A DNA stretch of 64,000 nucleotides from Candidatus Poribacteria bacterium (GCA_965116925.1 OZ220744.1:3136001-3200000), one strand, 5' to 3'. Positions 39,391 through 49,386 are shown, counted from the first letter of the stretch. The notes: generated by a model not told the origin, from the sequence alone. Numbers and translations: made by a program.

Positions 39391-41130
39391 ATGAAATTTC
39401 GCATCCCGACTGCCGTATGCCCGATGCTAATAATCGTCTTATTGACGCTCATGCCCCATGCTGCGCTAGCAGACTACGGCTACTTTTCGGACCGAATCAG
39501 TCGTGAACACCGAGACGCAGGTGATGTTGAAGACTGGGTTGAGCGCGGCAATGCGACTGTCACAGCAAGTCCTCGCTTTGAAAGCGGGATCCGCCTGACA
39601 GCTTGGGCAAATGAATTTGATAGAGAGGAAGACTACGAATTTGCTATAGCCAGTGCAGTCTATCTTTTTGAGATACCTCGACGAGCTCAGTATGTCGAGA
39701 TTTTGGTGCGCTACCGAGGGGAACCCCATCGGGCGGACTTTGATTACGAGGAGATTGCAGGGCGTGTTTGGATTCGCAATACCAAGCGTGAATATGCCCG
39801 CAGGAACTATAATGATAACGGTGAGGAGGAAACCCTCTACGGCGATACCTTCTTTTTACGCGCAAAACGTCGCTCAGAGACAATAAAGATTGCAACAGCA
39901 GGACATGTGGATAACGGTATCCTTGAAATGCACATAGTCGCTGAAAATGGCGAGCAACTTGATATCGAATATGTTGATGTTGTTACCTATCAACGACAAC
40001 CCGATGTTCGTGTTATACACCGTTACGCGCGAGATTACCACTGGCAACCTTGGCACAGATATACCTATCTCTATTTTTACGATGGCCCATTCTATTACTG
40101 CACGGATCTAGGGTATTACATCCGATGGAATTACCCAGTCTATGACCATCACTACCTTGCCATTCGTCGCACCTATGGCGGTTACCTCCACAACTACTAT
40201 CGCCGTTACCCGCGTCGCTACCACCGCGACTCCTACTACCATGTGAATGTCCATGTTGATAAATCGCCTAAGACGCGACGGCTGAATCGATGGACCCCAA
40301 CGCATGAAACGACCCGCCGCGAATATTCACGAAGCCGATTGTCAGTCACCAGATCGAAAGTGACCAGAACCGATGTACAAACCCGTGTCCGCACGCTAAT
40401 CACAGAGCATCGTCAGACACCAACGCTTTCGGATCGAGTCATCCAACGGTCAACGCTTTCTCAAAAGCGGAGACTTCCTAGTACAAGGAATAAGTCGAAT
40501 ACCACAATGCAACGACAGCGGGGTAATCAGCGTTCTGCCAGAGACACATCCACCCGATCGTATCCCTCAACTCAACGGAAACTTCCGAATACAAGGAATG
40601 AGTCGAACACGACAATACAACGACAGCGCAATAACCAGCGTCCCGCTAGTGACATCTCAACCCGATCTTACCGCTCAACTCAGCAGATCCTAAAACGTAA
40701 ACGTTTAAATTCAGTTGAGAGGGAACCTCGATCTAGCCTACAACCGCGCAACCGGCAACCTCGCACCTACCAGTATGATCGCTTCCGGTTTGCTCCACAG
40801 GACAAGCGTTCATCGGATAGTGAAGTCTCGACCCGATCCAACGCGGAACGACGGGCGCGCCTTTATAACCGAACGCAGTCTTCTTCGAGAAGTCGGTTGA
40901 GTACACCACCCTCTTCACGTAGCCGATCTTCAACCGTCAAACAAAGGACAGAAACGCGTAGTCGATCCACACAACCAAGATCTCGTTCATCTACCTCTGC
41001 TGCTCCGCGTGTCCAGAGACCAACAACTAAACAGACAACTTCAAGTTCAAGCAGCAAAGATGACGACGATGAAAAACGAGAACGGAGCCGCAGTACCACA
41101 AGAACCCAAACACGCAGTCGAAGAAAATAG
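39391..41130 (+). CDS. Secreted hypothetical protein with Tyr/His-rich middle and Arg/Ser/Thr-rich low-complexity tail
   Basis: AGGAGAG RBS before ATG 39391, signal peptide ending AALA, long uninterrupted ORF. Confidence 0.75.
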   Translation: MKFRIPTAVCPMLIIVLLTLMPHAALADYGYFSDRISREHRDAGDVEDWVERGNATVTASPRFESGIRLTAWANEFDREEDYEFAIASAVYLFEIPRRAQYVEILVRYRGEPHRADFDYEEIAGRVWIRNTKREYARRNYNDNGEEETLYGDTFFLRAKRRSETIKIATAGHVDNGILEMHIVAENGEQLDIEYVDVVTYQRQPDVRVIHRYARDYHWQPWHRYTYLYFYDGPFYYCTDLGYYIRWNYPVYDHHYLAIRRTYGGYLHNYYRRYPRRYHRDSYYHVNVHVDKSPKTRRLNRWTPTHETTRREYSRSRLSVTRSKVTRTDVQTRVRTLITEHRQTPTLSDRVIQRSTLSQKRRLPSTRNKSNTTMQRQRGNQRSARDTSTRSYPSTQRKLPNTRNESNTTIQRQRNNQRPASDISTRSYRSTQQILKRKRLNSVEREPRSSLQPRNRQPRTYQYDRFRFAPQDKRSSDSEVSTRSNAERRARLYNRTQSSSRSRLSTPPSSRSRSSTVKQRTETRSRSTQPRSRSSTSAAPRVQRPTTKQTTSSSSSKDDDDEKRERSRSTTRTQTRSRRK

Positions 41131-41190
41131 GGCTAACTTGCAACTAAAATAAAAAATAAAACGGTTAAGGCGGAATTTCTGCCGTAACTG

Positions 41191-41313
41191 TAAGGGCATT
41201 TAGTTTTTGGTTTTTTGACCGGTTTTGGAACGGCCCGAACCCGTAGGCGGGGCATCTTGCCCCGCCGTTGCGTTAACCAAGACATCGAGCTACGGAAGAA
41301 TTAAATGACCCTA
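41191..41313. mobile_element. MITE-like element inserted in a terminator, 10-bp target duplication
   Basis: TAAGGGCATTTA...TAAATGACCCTA flanked by GCCGTAACTG (41181-41190, 41314-41323). Confidence 0.82.
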
Positions 41314-41332
41314 GCCGTAACTGTTTTTTTTA

Positions 41333-41361
41333 TTGACAACGCTTTCAAGTTTTGCTATTAT
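41333..41361 (+). promoter_or_regulatory. Putative sigma70 promoter
   Basis: TTGACA-17-TATTAT with extended TG. Confidence 0.6.
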
Positions 41362-41387
41362 ACCCTTTTAGGGAGAGGTATAAGAAT

Positions 41388-41939
41388 TTGACCGGATCTC
41401 TAGTCAAGTTATTGAGTCTTACACTTTTGATTCCCATTTTATGCTTATCTTCACGGGTTCAAATCAGTGCCGCGCAGCCAAACGAAGACCTGCGCCTTGT
41501 GTCACCAATAGGGGCTATAGGGCGTTCTGCCGTTCTGCCCGGCTGGGGCCAGTTTTACGCACATAAGCGTATTTTGGGTGCCACATCTTTTGTGGGAACA
41601 AGTGGACTCCTTATTGGTGCGTTAATTACCCACCAATCCTTCCGAAATGTTTACAACAATGAGTATGTTCCAGTTGCGTTAATTGATGAGAAGTCTCCAG
41701 AAGCACTTTTTCAATACAATCGAGCGAATCAACGCTATAAGTTACGACAGTTTTTCCTCTTCGCTGCAGCGGGGATATGGGCGTATAGCTTGATTGATGC
41801 CTATGTTGGAGCGAATTTGTACAATGCGGAGGCAAAAGCGAACCAACTCATTGATGATATGAAGCAGCTTGAAGAATTGGGCGTACAACTTGAAGTGACT
41901 CCAACACAACTTCAACTGGGTATTGTCAAATTCTTTTGA
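41388..41939 (+). CDS. DUF5683-like membrane protein
   Basis: RSAVLPGWGQFY, AYSLIDAYV; TTG start after GGAGAGG and downstream of the promoter. Confidence 0.7.
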   Translation: MTGSLVKLLSLTLLIPILCLSSRVQISAAQPNEDLRLVSPIGAIGRSAVLPGWGQFYAHKRILGATSFVGTSGLLIGALITHQSFRNVYNNEYVPVALIDEKSPEALFQYNRANQRYKLRQFFLFAAAGIWAYSLIDAYVGANLYNAEAKANQLIDDMKQLEELGVQLEVTPTQLQLGIVKFF

Positions 41940-41983
41940 AAGGTCGAGCGAACACATCTGGCCCTTATGGAGGAAGTCTAGCC

Positions 41984-42565
41984 ATGTTAAAAGTATTTGC
42001 TAAAATCATTGGGCTATTGCTCGTTTTTAGTTTGCTTACAAGTTGTGGAGATGTAAGTAGTGTTACCAAAGTTCAGTCAAAAGAGCTGGTCTTAATTAAC
42101 CAAGTTCTGAAAAACTGGCGCGAAGGCTATCAGAGTGAAGACCTTGATATGTATATGAGCGCGTTCTGGGAAGACGGATTCCTTTACGTCTCAGATATGG
42201 GCACCATGGATGATAAAACAGATGATGTCATATTTGATGACATCCGCGACGAAAGAGATTCCGCAAAGCGCGTGTTTGACAGGTTCCAAGATATTGAGAT
42301 TGAGTTGTCTGAACCACCTGAGATACAACTGAATACAGACCGGACACGAGCTGAAGTCAGAAATCATTATCGGATTCAAGGGTTTGTCGCTGATGGCGAC
42401 TCACTCGAAGGAGGATATACGGGATGGTTCGCTGAAGGGAATAATATTTTCACCTTTGAGTTAAGAAAAAGTCAGGGAGCCGATAATCAAGAGTGGCGCA
42501 TCACCGAATGGAAGGATGAGGCGTATAGCGAGGAACAGATTAGAGCCGCCAACAACCTCCAATAA
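41984..42565 (+). CDS. Putative lipoprotein, NTF2/SnoaL-like fold
   Basis: GGAGG RBS, lipobox LTSC, W..GY..EDLD.YM..F and WRITEW. Confidence 0.7.
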   Translation: MLKVFAKIIGLLLVFSLLTSCGDVSSVTKVQSKELVLINQVLKNWREGYQSEDLDMYMSAFWEDGFLYVSDMGTMDDKTDDVIFDDIRDERDSAKRVFDRFQDIEIELSEPPEIQLNTDRTRAEVRNHYRIQGFVADGDSLEGGYTGWFAEGNNIFTFELRKSQGADNQEWRITEWKDEAYSEEQIRAANNLQ

Positions 42566-42730
42566 TTTTTCGATGTACCGCCTAAAAGTGTTCTAGCAAA
42601 GATTTTCCCCTCGACAAATTTTTGCTAGCGTTTTATGATGTCCACCTAGTTCTACCTACACGGTGTAGATTCTACCCCTCTTGTAAGGTTTATTAGGTGC
42701 GACTTTTTAACGAAAAACCGTTTAGGTCTA

Positions 42731-42763
42731 AATCCCAATGCTTTAGCTTTGGGAGTACGTCAA
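42731..42763 (+). mobile_element. IS200/IS605-family right-end-like remnant
   Basis: AATCCCAATGCTTTAGCTTTGGGAGTACGTCAA: hairpin with TTTA loop ending in TCAA. Confidence 0.55.
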
Positions 42764-43098
42764 CTGCCTGAGTTTTTACTAATCCGAGACTCTGCAATTT
42801 ACGGCTACCAGAATTTATGTAGTTTCGACCTCAATGCTTATCCAACCGGTATTTAACCTACCCCTATTTTTTACCAACCTATTTCGATATTTCCGTCCGG
42901 TAATGTTGGTCGCAACCCTAGAGAACAGTCGGCCAACATTTTTGCTCAACATCTGGAAATGATTCAGCCTGATAACTGAATTCCAGCTGCGCTGCCTAAA
43001 AAATGTCCAAAAATAAGGAAGATTCGTTCCAATGTGAAGGGTTCAGTCCATTTTTGACCCATCTACTGATACATCATAATTAATTTAAGAAAAAACAC

Positions 43099-43127
43099 TT
43101 GACAGAAAATTGCAGAAGTGTTATCTT
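43099..43127 (+). promoter_or_regulatory. Putative sigma70 promoter
   Basis: TTGACA-17-TATCTT with extended TG and an A/T-rich upstream element. Confidence 0.6.
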
Positions 43128-43686
43128 AGGAATTACTTTTTTTCAAAGCAGAGTTTTATTGGCAAAAAAAGTATAAATTGAATAAAGATTAGACCTGAAT
43201 TTTCGTGCTTTTGTGGTGGCAGGAAGGATGCGAAACGGAAGTGGCTTCTAAGCCAAGTATGTGGATCATCCGGATCACTGAATGAGTAATAGCTCAACCT
43301 CAATCAGTATCTAACTTTGAATGTTAATTATTTATATGCCAACCGTTTTCAGATGCTTGTATCCCGATAGATCGGGCTGCAAGGCTTAACCTGATGCCGC
43401 TGGAGACCAACTCCAGCAGAGAAAATGTAAAAATTGCTTTTGCACCACATCTGGGTAACTAAATAGTTTTGTATTGCTAATAAGTCCGGCTAAAGGAGGT
43501 TGCGATATGTTCCACCACTGACGCAAGTTAAAATGGGAAAACGGGTGATAAACGGTCGCAAACTCCAAAACCGTGATTGATTCGATTTCCTTAATTTTAA
43601 CTTGGTGTTTGGATGAACGTGATTACGGAGGTTTATATCCTCACTTTTACGTCAAATGTAATTTATGATTTCCTCAAAGGAGGCAA

Positions 43687-46600
43687 ATGAAAGTAATGAA
43701 GTTTTTCAAACGATCACCTGATGTTCTTTTGATAATAGCAGGGCTAATCGGTTGTTTCGTACTCTATGGGTGCGGTGCAGCTAGCCTGGGCCCACAGGAA
43801 CCGCTTTTACCAACGGTCGAAGGACAGGCAAACTTTTCTGACCGCTTCCAATTGGAAGAAGAACCCCAGTTCTTCTATGACCTGTTTGGTAGAGAACTCC
43901 TCGAAGGTAACGAGGTTTATAATTACCGTGAGGAGAAACAATTTGATCAAAACGGAGAACTAATTGTAGGTTGGACCGGTCAGCTCGATAGCGAACGATT
44001 TTCCGCCCAGTTGGACCGCCAGGTTTTAACCGAAGATAATTTCCGTGGAAGATTTACGCAATTCGTCATTGGCGACAATATGCGTATTAAGCCTCAAACC
44101 CTATTCCCGAACCGGTATGTCATCTACAAAACGGAATTTGATGGTTTCCGATGGGATATCTCGTTCTCTCAAGAACGTCACCTTTTCACATTGTTGAATT
44201 CTCGTATCTCTAACCCGGTGAAGCTGTCTGACGCAGCGGCGAACCTCGCACCAACACTGGGACGGCGTAATGGCCTGAGCGATGATGTCGGTCTCCGCCA
44301 TATTGAGAACGCGCGTTTAATCGGGTTTCGTGCACAAGGGTTGCTAGGTGATGTATTCCGGGTAGGACTCACCTATGTCAATCTCCACAAAGAACACCCA
44401 GAACGGGTTGAGAATCCGCTGTTTGGTGGAACGGTTGCCAATACACCGCCAGAGCGTCTCATCGTTGTCTTCCGAGATGATTCTCCAGAAGATAACCATT
44501 ATGGCGCATTGGCACATGACCTCGAAAGACCAGAGCATGTTAGCAGGATTCAGGGTGGAGTCGGTGCTGCCGTTAAGGGGATGAAGGTACACGTTATCAC
44601 GCAAGCACTGTCCGGCTCCCCCGAAGACGGTCCAGACCGTCCGTTGGGGCCCGAGAGAAGCCAGACGATCACCGTTTTTATTGATGACATCGTTGCTGTA
44701 GAGGGCAGTGCTGATCCGATTGAATCCTCTGATGGACAATGGAAAATTGCCGAAGGATTCAATAAGATGCAGTACACCTTAGACCTTACTTCTGAAGAAC
44801 TTCCCAACGGTCCCATCGATCCGCGTACAGTCAAGTCCATTGAATTTGAAATGACGGTCGCTGGAGATTATAATATCGTTGTCATCGGATTTAGTGAGGC
44901 AAACAGATCAGACGATCCACTCGCGGCAGAATGGATTAAGACCGAAGATGGTCATATCGAATCGCCGTATCGTGATGTGCTGCAAGCCCCCGGCAATTAT
45001 GGCAGATCAGATCATTATACGACAAACAGGCGTAACCTGCTACATAACCCAAGCGACTGGGAAAATGAAGGTGCAGCGCGTACGATTCGGTATCGCTACG
45101 GTGCAGCACGTGCTGGTGTCCTGTACGGTATCGACTTAGAGGGAACTCTCTTTAATACCTTTATCCGTGCGCACTATTCAATCAACGGAAAATTTAAGCA
45201 GTATCCAACCATTCCGAGAGACCAGATCGGGTTCAGTCGCCTGAATCCTGAAATTGAAGGCTCTAACGTCACTATAGACGAAACAGAGACGACGGAGGAT
45301 GGATTGCCTAACCCAACCTTCGGAGTGCCTCTTGATGCTAACGGCATCCCCACATACTCTGAAGCGGAAGGTGAAAGATTTGAAGCGAAGTTGAATGGTG
45401 ATCCGAATGATGACGGAGAGATGGGGCGTGAAACTGCTTGGTTTATCAACCTTAAGCAGCGTTACGGCAAACTCTTCCTTGAGCTAACGCGTTATCATAT
45501 TGATCCAGGATACACAACAACCTACTATAATTTCGGTGCGAACGATGCAAGAGATGCGACCTACTCTCTTGACCGAACACCCGAATCTGGTGCAGAAGTC
45601 CTTCCCTTCGATGAGATTAACTATGCACTAATTGAAGACGATGATGACGACGACGACTGGCCAGATAGCATCGACTTTGACGGTGTTCTACCGCAAGCCG
45701 ATGACCGTGACCAGAACGGCATCCTCGATTTCCAGGAAGACTTCCTCATCTTTGAGGCAGATCCCCCGGTCTTTGAAGATCTCGTTGATGAGAATAACAA
45801 TGGCGTTGTTGATTCGTTGGAAGATGATTTTGAGCCGCAGTATGAATACGGTATTAACCGTGATGGCTATCATATCAGTGCCAGTTACGACCTGCTCGAT
45901 AACATGACCCTCAAATTGGGTTGGTTAAATGAGAGCGAAGTTTCCAGCCAGCGGAAAAACGATTCAAAATACGCCCATCTGCGCTACCAACGTGACGTTC
46001 CAGATTTTGGAACAATCCTGTTCCAGAACCGCTTTGTCCGCGTTGATGATGATATTCCAGATTACTCGATTACCTTGCGTCCGGGCGAGTTAGATGCCAC
46101 ACAGGAATCTGATTTTCTCGATTTCTTTAAAACACGGGTCAATGTGACAAGCCTTCAGTTCCTCTACAGTGCGATTCCCAATTTAACGCTTGAAACTAAA
46201 TTCTTGGTTGACTGGCGGAAGCAGTTAGCACTTGATGAAGAAGATGCCGTTGCATTGGATTTTATCCAAGACGATATAGCGGAAGAAAAGGATGATCACG
46301 TTGATTTCATGGTGCTGGATGAGCAGGTCCGCGCGGATGGAGACCGGAAGTCATTCCCGTTCTATCCAGACCACGGGCTGAACCCGCTCAATCCAGAGGA
46401 TCTTGGGTTGATCTACGATCCAGAAAACTGGATACCACGCCGATTCCAAGAAAAAACCGTTCGGAATCAGATCACCATTATCAGAGCCAAATATGAAATC
46501 CCATTGGGCGATTTGCCAGGGGTGGACAGAATTGGTGAGGATTTAACCCTGACACCGATGGCAAAGTATATTTGGACGCGAGCGTTTGATCATACGCAGG

Positions 46601-47022
46601 CTGACGTTCAAAGCGGTGTGTATATCAACCCGCTGGATCCAACAAGATTTGTGCCAGATGATCCCGAGGTCATTGAGTATCTGCGATTTAACAAACGTAG
46701 CCGTGAAGATGTTCTCGGTGTGCGTTTGGATTATCAGTTTACTCAAAGAATGAATATCCTCGGCGGTTTTCAGTATCGCAAATTCACCAACCGCGATCAA
46801 GGGATCAAAGACTATTTAGCGACGCCAGCGTTTGCGGAGGCTGATATTCCGATTCTCTTCCGACCGGACATCCGTACACGTATCTTTGAAGTTCAGTCAA
46901 TCAGTCGAGGTGAGTGGCAAGGTTTCAACATCGTCATTCTCGCCGGTTTCAGAAGGACCACCATCCTGCTCGACCATACGACGAGTAATACAACCTTCGT
47001 ACGAGCGATGATGGGATTCTAA
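43687..47022 (+). CDS. Large putative outer-membrane (lipo)protein with Asp-rich Ca-binding-like motifs
   Basis: AGGAGG RBS, lipobox-like LYGC, DDDDDDDWPD/DRDQNGILD/DENNNGVVD, alternating beta-strands, C-terminal Phe. Confidence 0.75.
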   Translation: MKVMKFFKRSPDVLLIIAGLIGCFVLYGCGAASLGPQEPLLPTVEGQANFSDRFQLEEEPQFFYDLFGRELLEGNEVYNYREEKQFDQNGELIVGWTGQLDSERFSAQLDRQVLTEDNFRGRFTQFVIGDNMRIKPQTLFPNRYVIYKTEFDGFRWDISFSQERHLFTLLNSRISNPVKLSDAAANLAPTLGRRNGLSDDVGLRHIENARLIGFRAQGLLGDVFRVGLTYVNLHKEHPERVENPLFGGTVANTPPERLIVVFRDDSPEDNHYGALAHDLERPEHVSRIQGGVGAAVKGMKVHVITQALSGSPEDGPDRPLGPERSQTITVFIDDIVAVEGSADPIESSDGQWKIAEGFNKMQYTLDLTSEELPNGPIDPRTVKSIEFEMTVAGDYNIVVIGFSEANRSDDPLAAEWIKTEDGHIESPYRDVLQAPGNYGRSDHYTTNRRNLLHNPSDWENEGAARTIRYRYGAARAGVLYGIDLEGTLFNTFIRAHYSINGKFKQYPTIPRDQIGFSRLNPEIEGSNVTIDETETTEDGLPNPTFGVPLDANGIPTYSEAEGERFEAKLNGDPNDDGEMGRETAWFINLKQRYGKLFLELTRYHIDPGYTTTYYNFGANDARDATYSLDRTPESGAEVLPFDEINYALIEDDDDDDDWPDSIDFDGVLPQADDRDQNGILDFQEDFLIFEADPPVFEDLVDENNNGVVDSLEDDFEPQYEYGINRDGYHISASYDLLDNMTLKLGWLNESEVSSQRKNDSKYAHLRYQRDVPDFGTILFQNRFVRVDDDIPDYSITLRPGELDATQESDFLDFFKTRVNVTSLQFLYSAIPNLTLETKFLVDWRKQLALDEEDAVALDFIQDDIAEEKDDHVDFMVLDEQVRADGDRKSFPFYPDHGLNPLNPEDLGLIYDPENWIPRRFQEKTVRNQITIIRAKYEIPLGDLPGVDRIGEDLTLTPMAKYIWTRAFDHTQADVQSGVYINPLDPTRFVPDDPEVIEYLRFNKRSREDVLGVRLDYQFTQRMNILGGFQYRKFTNRDQGIKDYLATPAFAEADIPILFRPDIRTRIFEVQSISRGEWQGFNIVILAGFRRTTILLDHTTSNTTFVRAMMGF

Positions 47023-47031
47023 CAATCTCCG

Positions 47032-47066
47032 AAAGTGCCAAGCATTTTTGTGCTTGGCACTTTTTC
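47032..47066 (+). terminator. Intrinsic terminator
   Basis: AAAGTGCCAAGCA-loop-TGCTTGGCACTTT followed by a T-run. Confidence 0.8.
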
Positions 47067-47229
47067 AATCTTACCGCAACTTTCAAAAAACAGAAGTGTT
47101 TATATAGCCAAGACTTCGTATTGTATAAAAACTTAGTCGTCCGATATGAGGTGATTGAGACGACTTGAAATTGAGGGTAATATGCCCTCTAAATTTTACT
47201 CCACCTTCAAACTCCAATAGGGGGAATAC

Positions 47230-48222
47230 ATGAAACACCTGAGTTTAACCTTAATGCTAGCTAGCATGTTGATTATGTGCAGTGCGGTCGCGCTCGCTCA
47301 AGATGCGACAACCGGCACAGTCCGTGGTAACGTTGTGGATACCACAACGGCACAAACGCCGATTAGTGGCGTTAGAGTTGTTGTTGTTGGCACCGATGGC
47401 ACGGAACATGAAACCACAACCGATGATGTCGGTGAATATAGCAAATCAGGCTTACCGCCGGGACGTTATCTGCTTAGTATTTACAAAGATGGATATGGCG
47501 ACCGAACCGGTAAACCGGTCACCGTCGTTGCTGGAGGCGACCACTATGTGCCGCTGAAAATGACCAAAAAGGATACAATTGTCACTTTCTTCGCTAAATT
47601 TGGTATTGTCTTCTGGCCACTTCTGCTCTGTTCTGTCGCTGCGTTGACATTTATTATTGAACGTCTCTTTACTTTCCTAAGAAGCCGTTCCAAGCTCGGT
47701 ACAGAGGTGTTCATGGCAAGCATTACCGATTCTTTGCGTAATGACAATATCATGGAAGCGGTTTCAACCTGTGAAGAGGCAGGTGGTCCACTTGCAAACG
47801 TTCTGAAAGCAGGGCTGTTAAGATACAGTCAAGCCCAAATCGAAGAGCAGGAGATTACAAAAGAAGAGGTACAGGAATCCATTCAAGAAGCAGGACTCCT
47901 TGAAATTCCAGAACTTGAGCGGAACATTCCTGTTATTAGTACAGTCGCAGTTATCTCACCGTTGTTCGGTCTGCTCGGGACGGTTATGGGTATGATTAAC
48001 GCATTTACCACGATTGCATTGGAAGGTACTGGTGACCCGCAGGCACTCGCCGGTGGTATCTCCCAGGCGTTGCTGACCACCGCTGGTGGTTTAACCATTG
48101 CTATTCCGTGTCTTATTTTCTCCCAGGTCTTTGAGAGTTGGGTCAATAAATTCGTGCTTGAGATTGAGCAGGTTTCGACAGAAATCGTGAACCAACTGAT
48201 TCTTGGTCAATCTGGTGCGTAA
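47230..48222 (+). CDS. exbB: MotA/TolQ/ExbB proton channel with N-terminal carboxypeptidase-regulatory-like domain
   Basis: GTVRGNVVD..PISGVRV..G.Y...LPPGRY; SPLFGLLGTV.GMI.AF, GISQALLTTA.GL.IAIP. Confidence 0.88.
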   Translation: MKHLSLTLMLASMLIMCSAVALAQDATTGTVRGNVVDTTTAQTPISGVRVVVVGTDGTEHETTTDDVGEYSKSGLPPGRYLLSIYKDGYGDRTGKPVTVVAGGDHYVPLKMTKKDTIVTFFAKFGIVFWPLLLCSVAALTFIIERLFTFLRSRSKLGTEVFMASITDSLRNDNIMEAVSTCEEAGGPLANVLKAGLLRYSQAQIEEQEITKEEVQESIQEAGLLEIPELERNIPVISTVAVISPLFGLLGTVMGMINAFTTIALEGTGDPQALAGGISQALLTTAGGLTIAIPCLIFSQVFESWVNKFVLEIEQVSTEIVNQLILGQSGA

Positions 48223-48306
48223 ATTTCAATGTTCTCCTGTCACCCTATGCACAACCCCTTTAGGGTGGCAGGAAGACTTACCTTTTAGATCAGGAGGTAA
48301 TCGAAA

Positions 48307-48753
48307 ATGGCAAGTACGCAAGCACCTAGCGGTATGACCAAAATGGCGGCTAGGGAACGGAAATCGGCTAAGCTCGATATGGCGCCGATGATTGACTGTG
48401 TGTTCCTGCTTCTGATTTTCTTTATGGTTTCGACCAGCTTTGCACCGATGCCCGGCATTCGCGTTCAATTACCGCCTCCGGGTAAACCGAATCCCAATAA
48501 ACCCAAGGGGCTCATTGTAAGGATTGCGAACCCGGAAGGTGCTCAGAAGTATGGCACAATGATCTTGAATGACGAGATTGTTAACATCAATCAGATGTTT
48601 ACCGAGTTTATTCATGCTCCCGAAGAAATTAAGAATATGCTAATTATTCAGTCGGAACGGGATGTCATACATGAGCAGATTATTAACGTGATGGATATTG
48701 CCAAGCAAGCAGGTATAGACAAAATCGGCTTCGCAGTGGTGGCAAGGGAATAA
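48307..48753 (+). CDS. exbD: ExbD/TolR biopolymer transport protein
   Basis: MAPMIDCVFLLLIFFMV, VMDIAKQAG. Confidence 0.9.
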   Translation: MASTQAPSGMTKMAARERKSAKLDMAPMIDCVFLLLIFFMVSTSFAPMPGIRVQLPPPGKPNPNKPKGLIVRIANPEGAQKYGTMILNDEIVNINQMFTEFIHAPEEIKNMLIIQSERDVIHEQIINVMDIAKQAGIDKIGFAVVARE

Positions 48754-48767
48754 CAAAGGAGGATACT

Positions 48768-49199
48768 ATGGCTATTCAAATGAGAACAGGAAAGTCTAAG
48801 GAACGCGGTCAAGCCTTGATGATGGAACCAATGATTGATTGCGTGTTCCTACTGCTGATCTTCTTTATGGTTTCAGCAATTATGCGTGTGCCTCCGCCTT
48901 TTACTGTAACGCTACCGGAGTCAGCGACGAAGCACGACTTTCCGCGTAAGAAATTCAATCTCTTTATCAGTGCAGATGGCAGGATCTCATTTGATGATCT
49001 GGAAATGCTTACGCTAGATCATATGGAAATGTATCTGTCATCAAAAGAGTCTCAAATTACTACACTCATCATCAAAGCCGACAGACTTGCCAAACATGGC
49101 AGAGTTATTGATGTCATGGAGCGTGCGAAACGTCGATTTAGTAAAACCGAGGGGCAAGAAATTGCTTTGATGGTCGCAGAGGAAAATTACGGGAATTAA
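48768..49199 (+). CDS. exbD: ExbD/TolR biopolymer transport protein
   Basis: PMIDCVFLLLIFFMV, IIKAD..HG.VIDVM. Confidence 0.9.
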   Translation: MAIQMRTGKSKERGQALMMEPMIDCVFLLLIFFMVSAIMRVPPPFTVTLPESATKHDFPRKKFNLFISADGRISFDDLEMLTLDHMEMYLSSKESQITTLIIKADRLAKHGRVIDVMERAKRRFSKTEGQEIALMVAEENYGN

Positions 49200-49213
49200 C
49201 TGCACATTAACCT

Positions 49214-49298
49214 AAAGGCAGTTTGCTGCCTTTTCTACAATTGATTTAGAAGTTTCGATACATTCTTAAAGGCAGCCAATGTGCTGCCTTTTTTTTTA
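49214..49298 (+). terminator. Two tandem terminator-like hairpins sharing the AAAGGCAG/CTGCCTTT stem
   Basis: 49214-49234 and 49268-49298, the second with a long T tract. Confidence 0.75.
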
Positions 49299-49386
49299 CA
49301 TTGAAGGCGGATGGGTTATATTACTGATCCAATCGCCACGCAACTCCGATGAAAATACTATTTTCCCGGCACCGTATGACATTCAA

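Noticed and set aside
43130..43686. Known riboswitch (cobalamin, TPP, c-di-GMP) ahead of the transport genes
   Set aside because: I could not find the conserved cores by eye; left as an open finding
49279..49386. Longer N-terminus of the NtrC regulator (also starts at 39328, 41352 and 41936)
   Set aside because: These starts overlap terminators or promoters, or lack an RBS; downstream starts fit domain boundaries better
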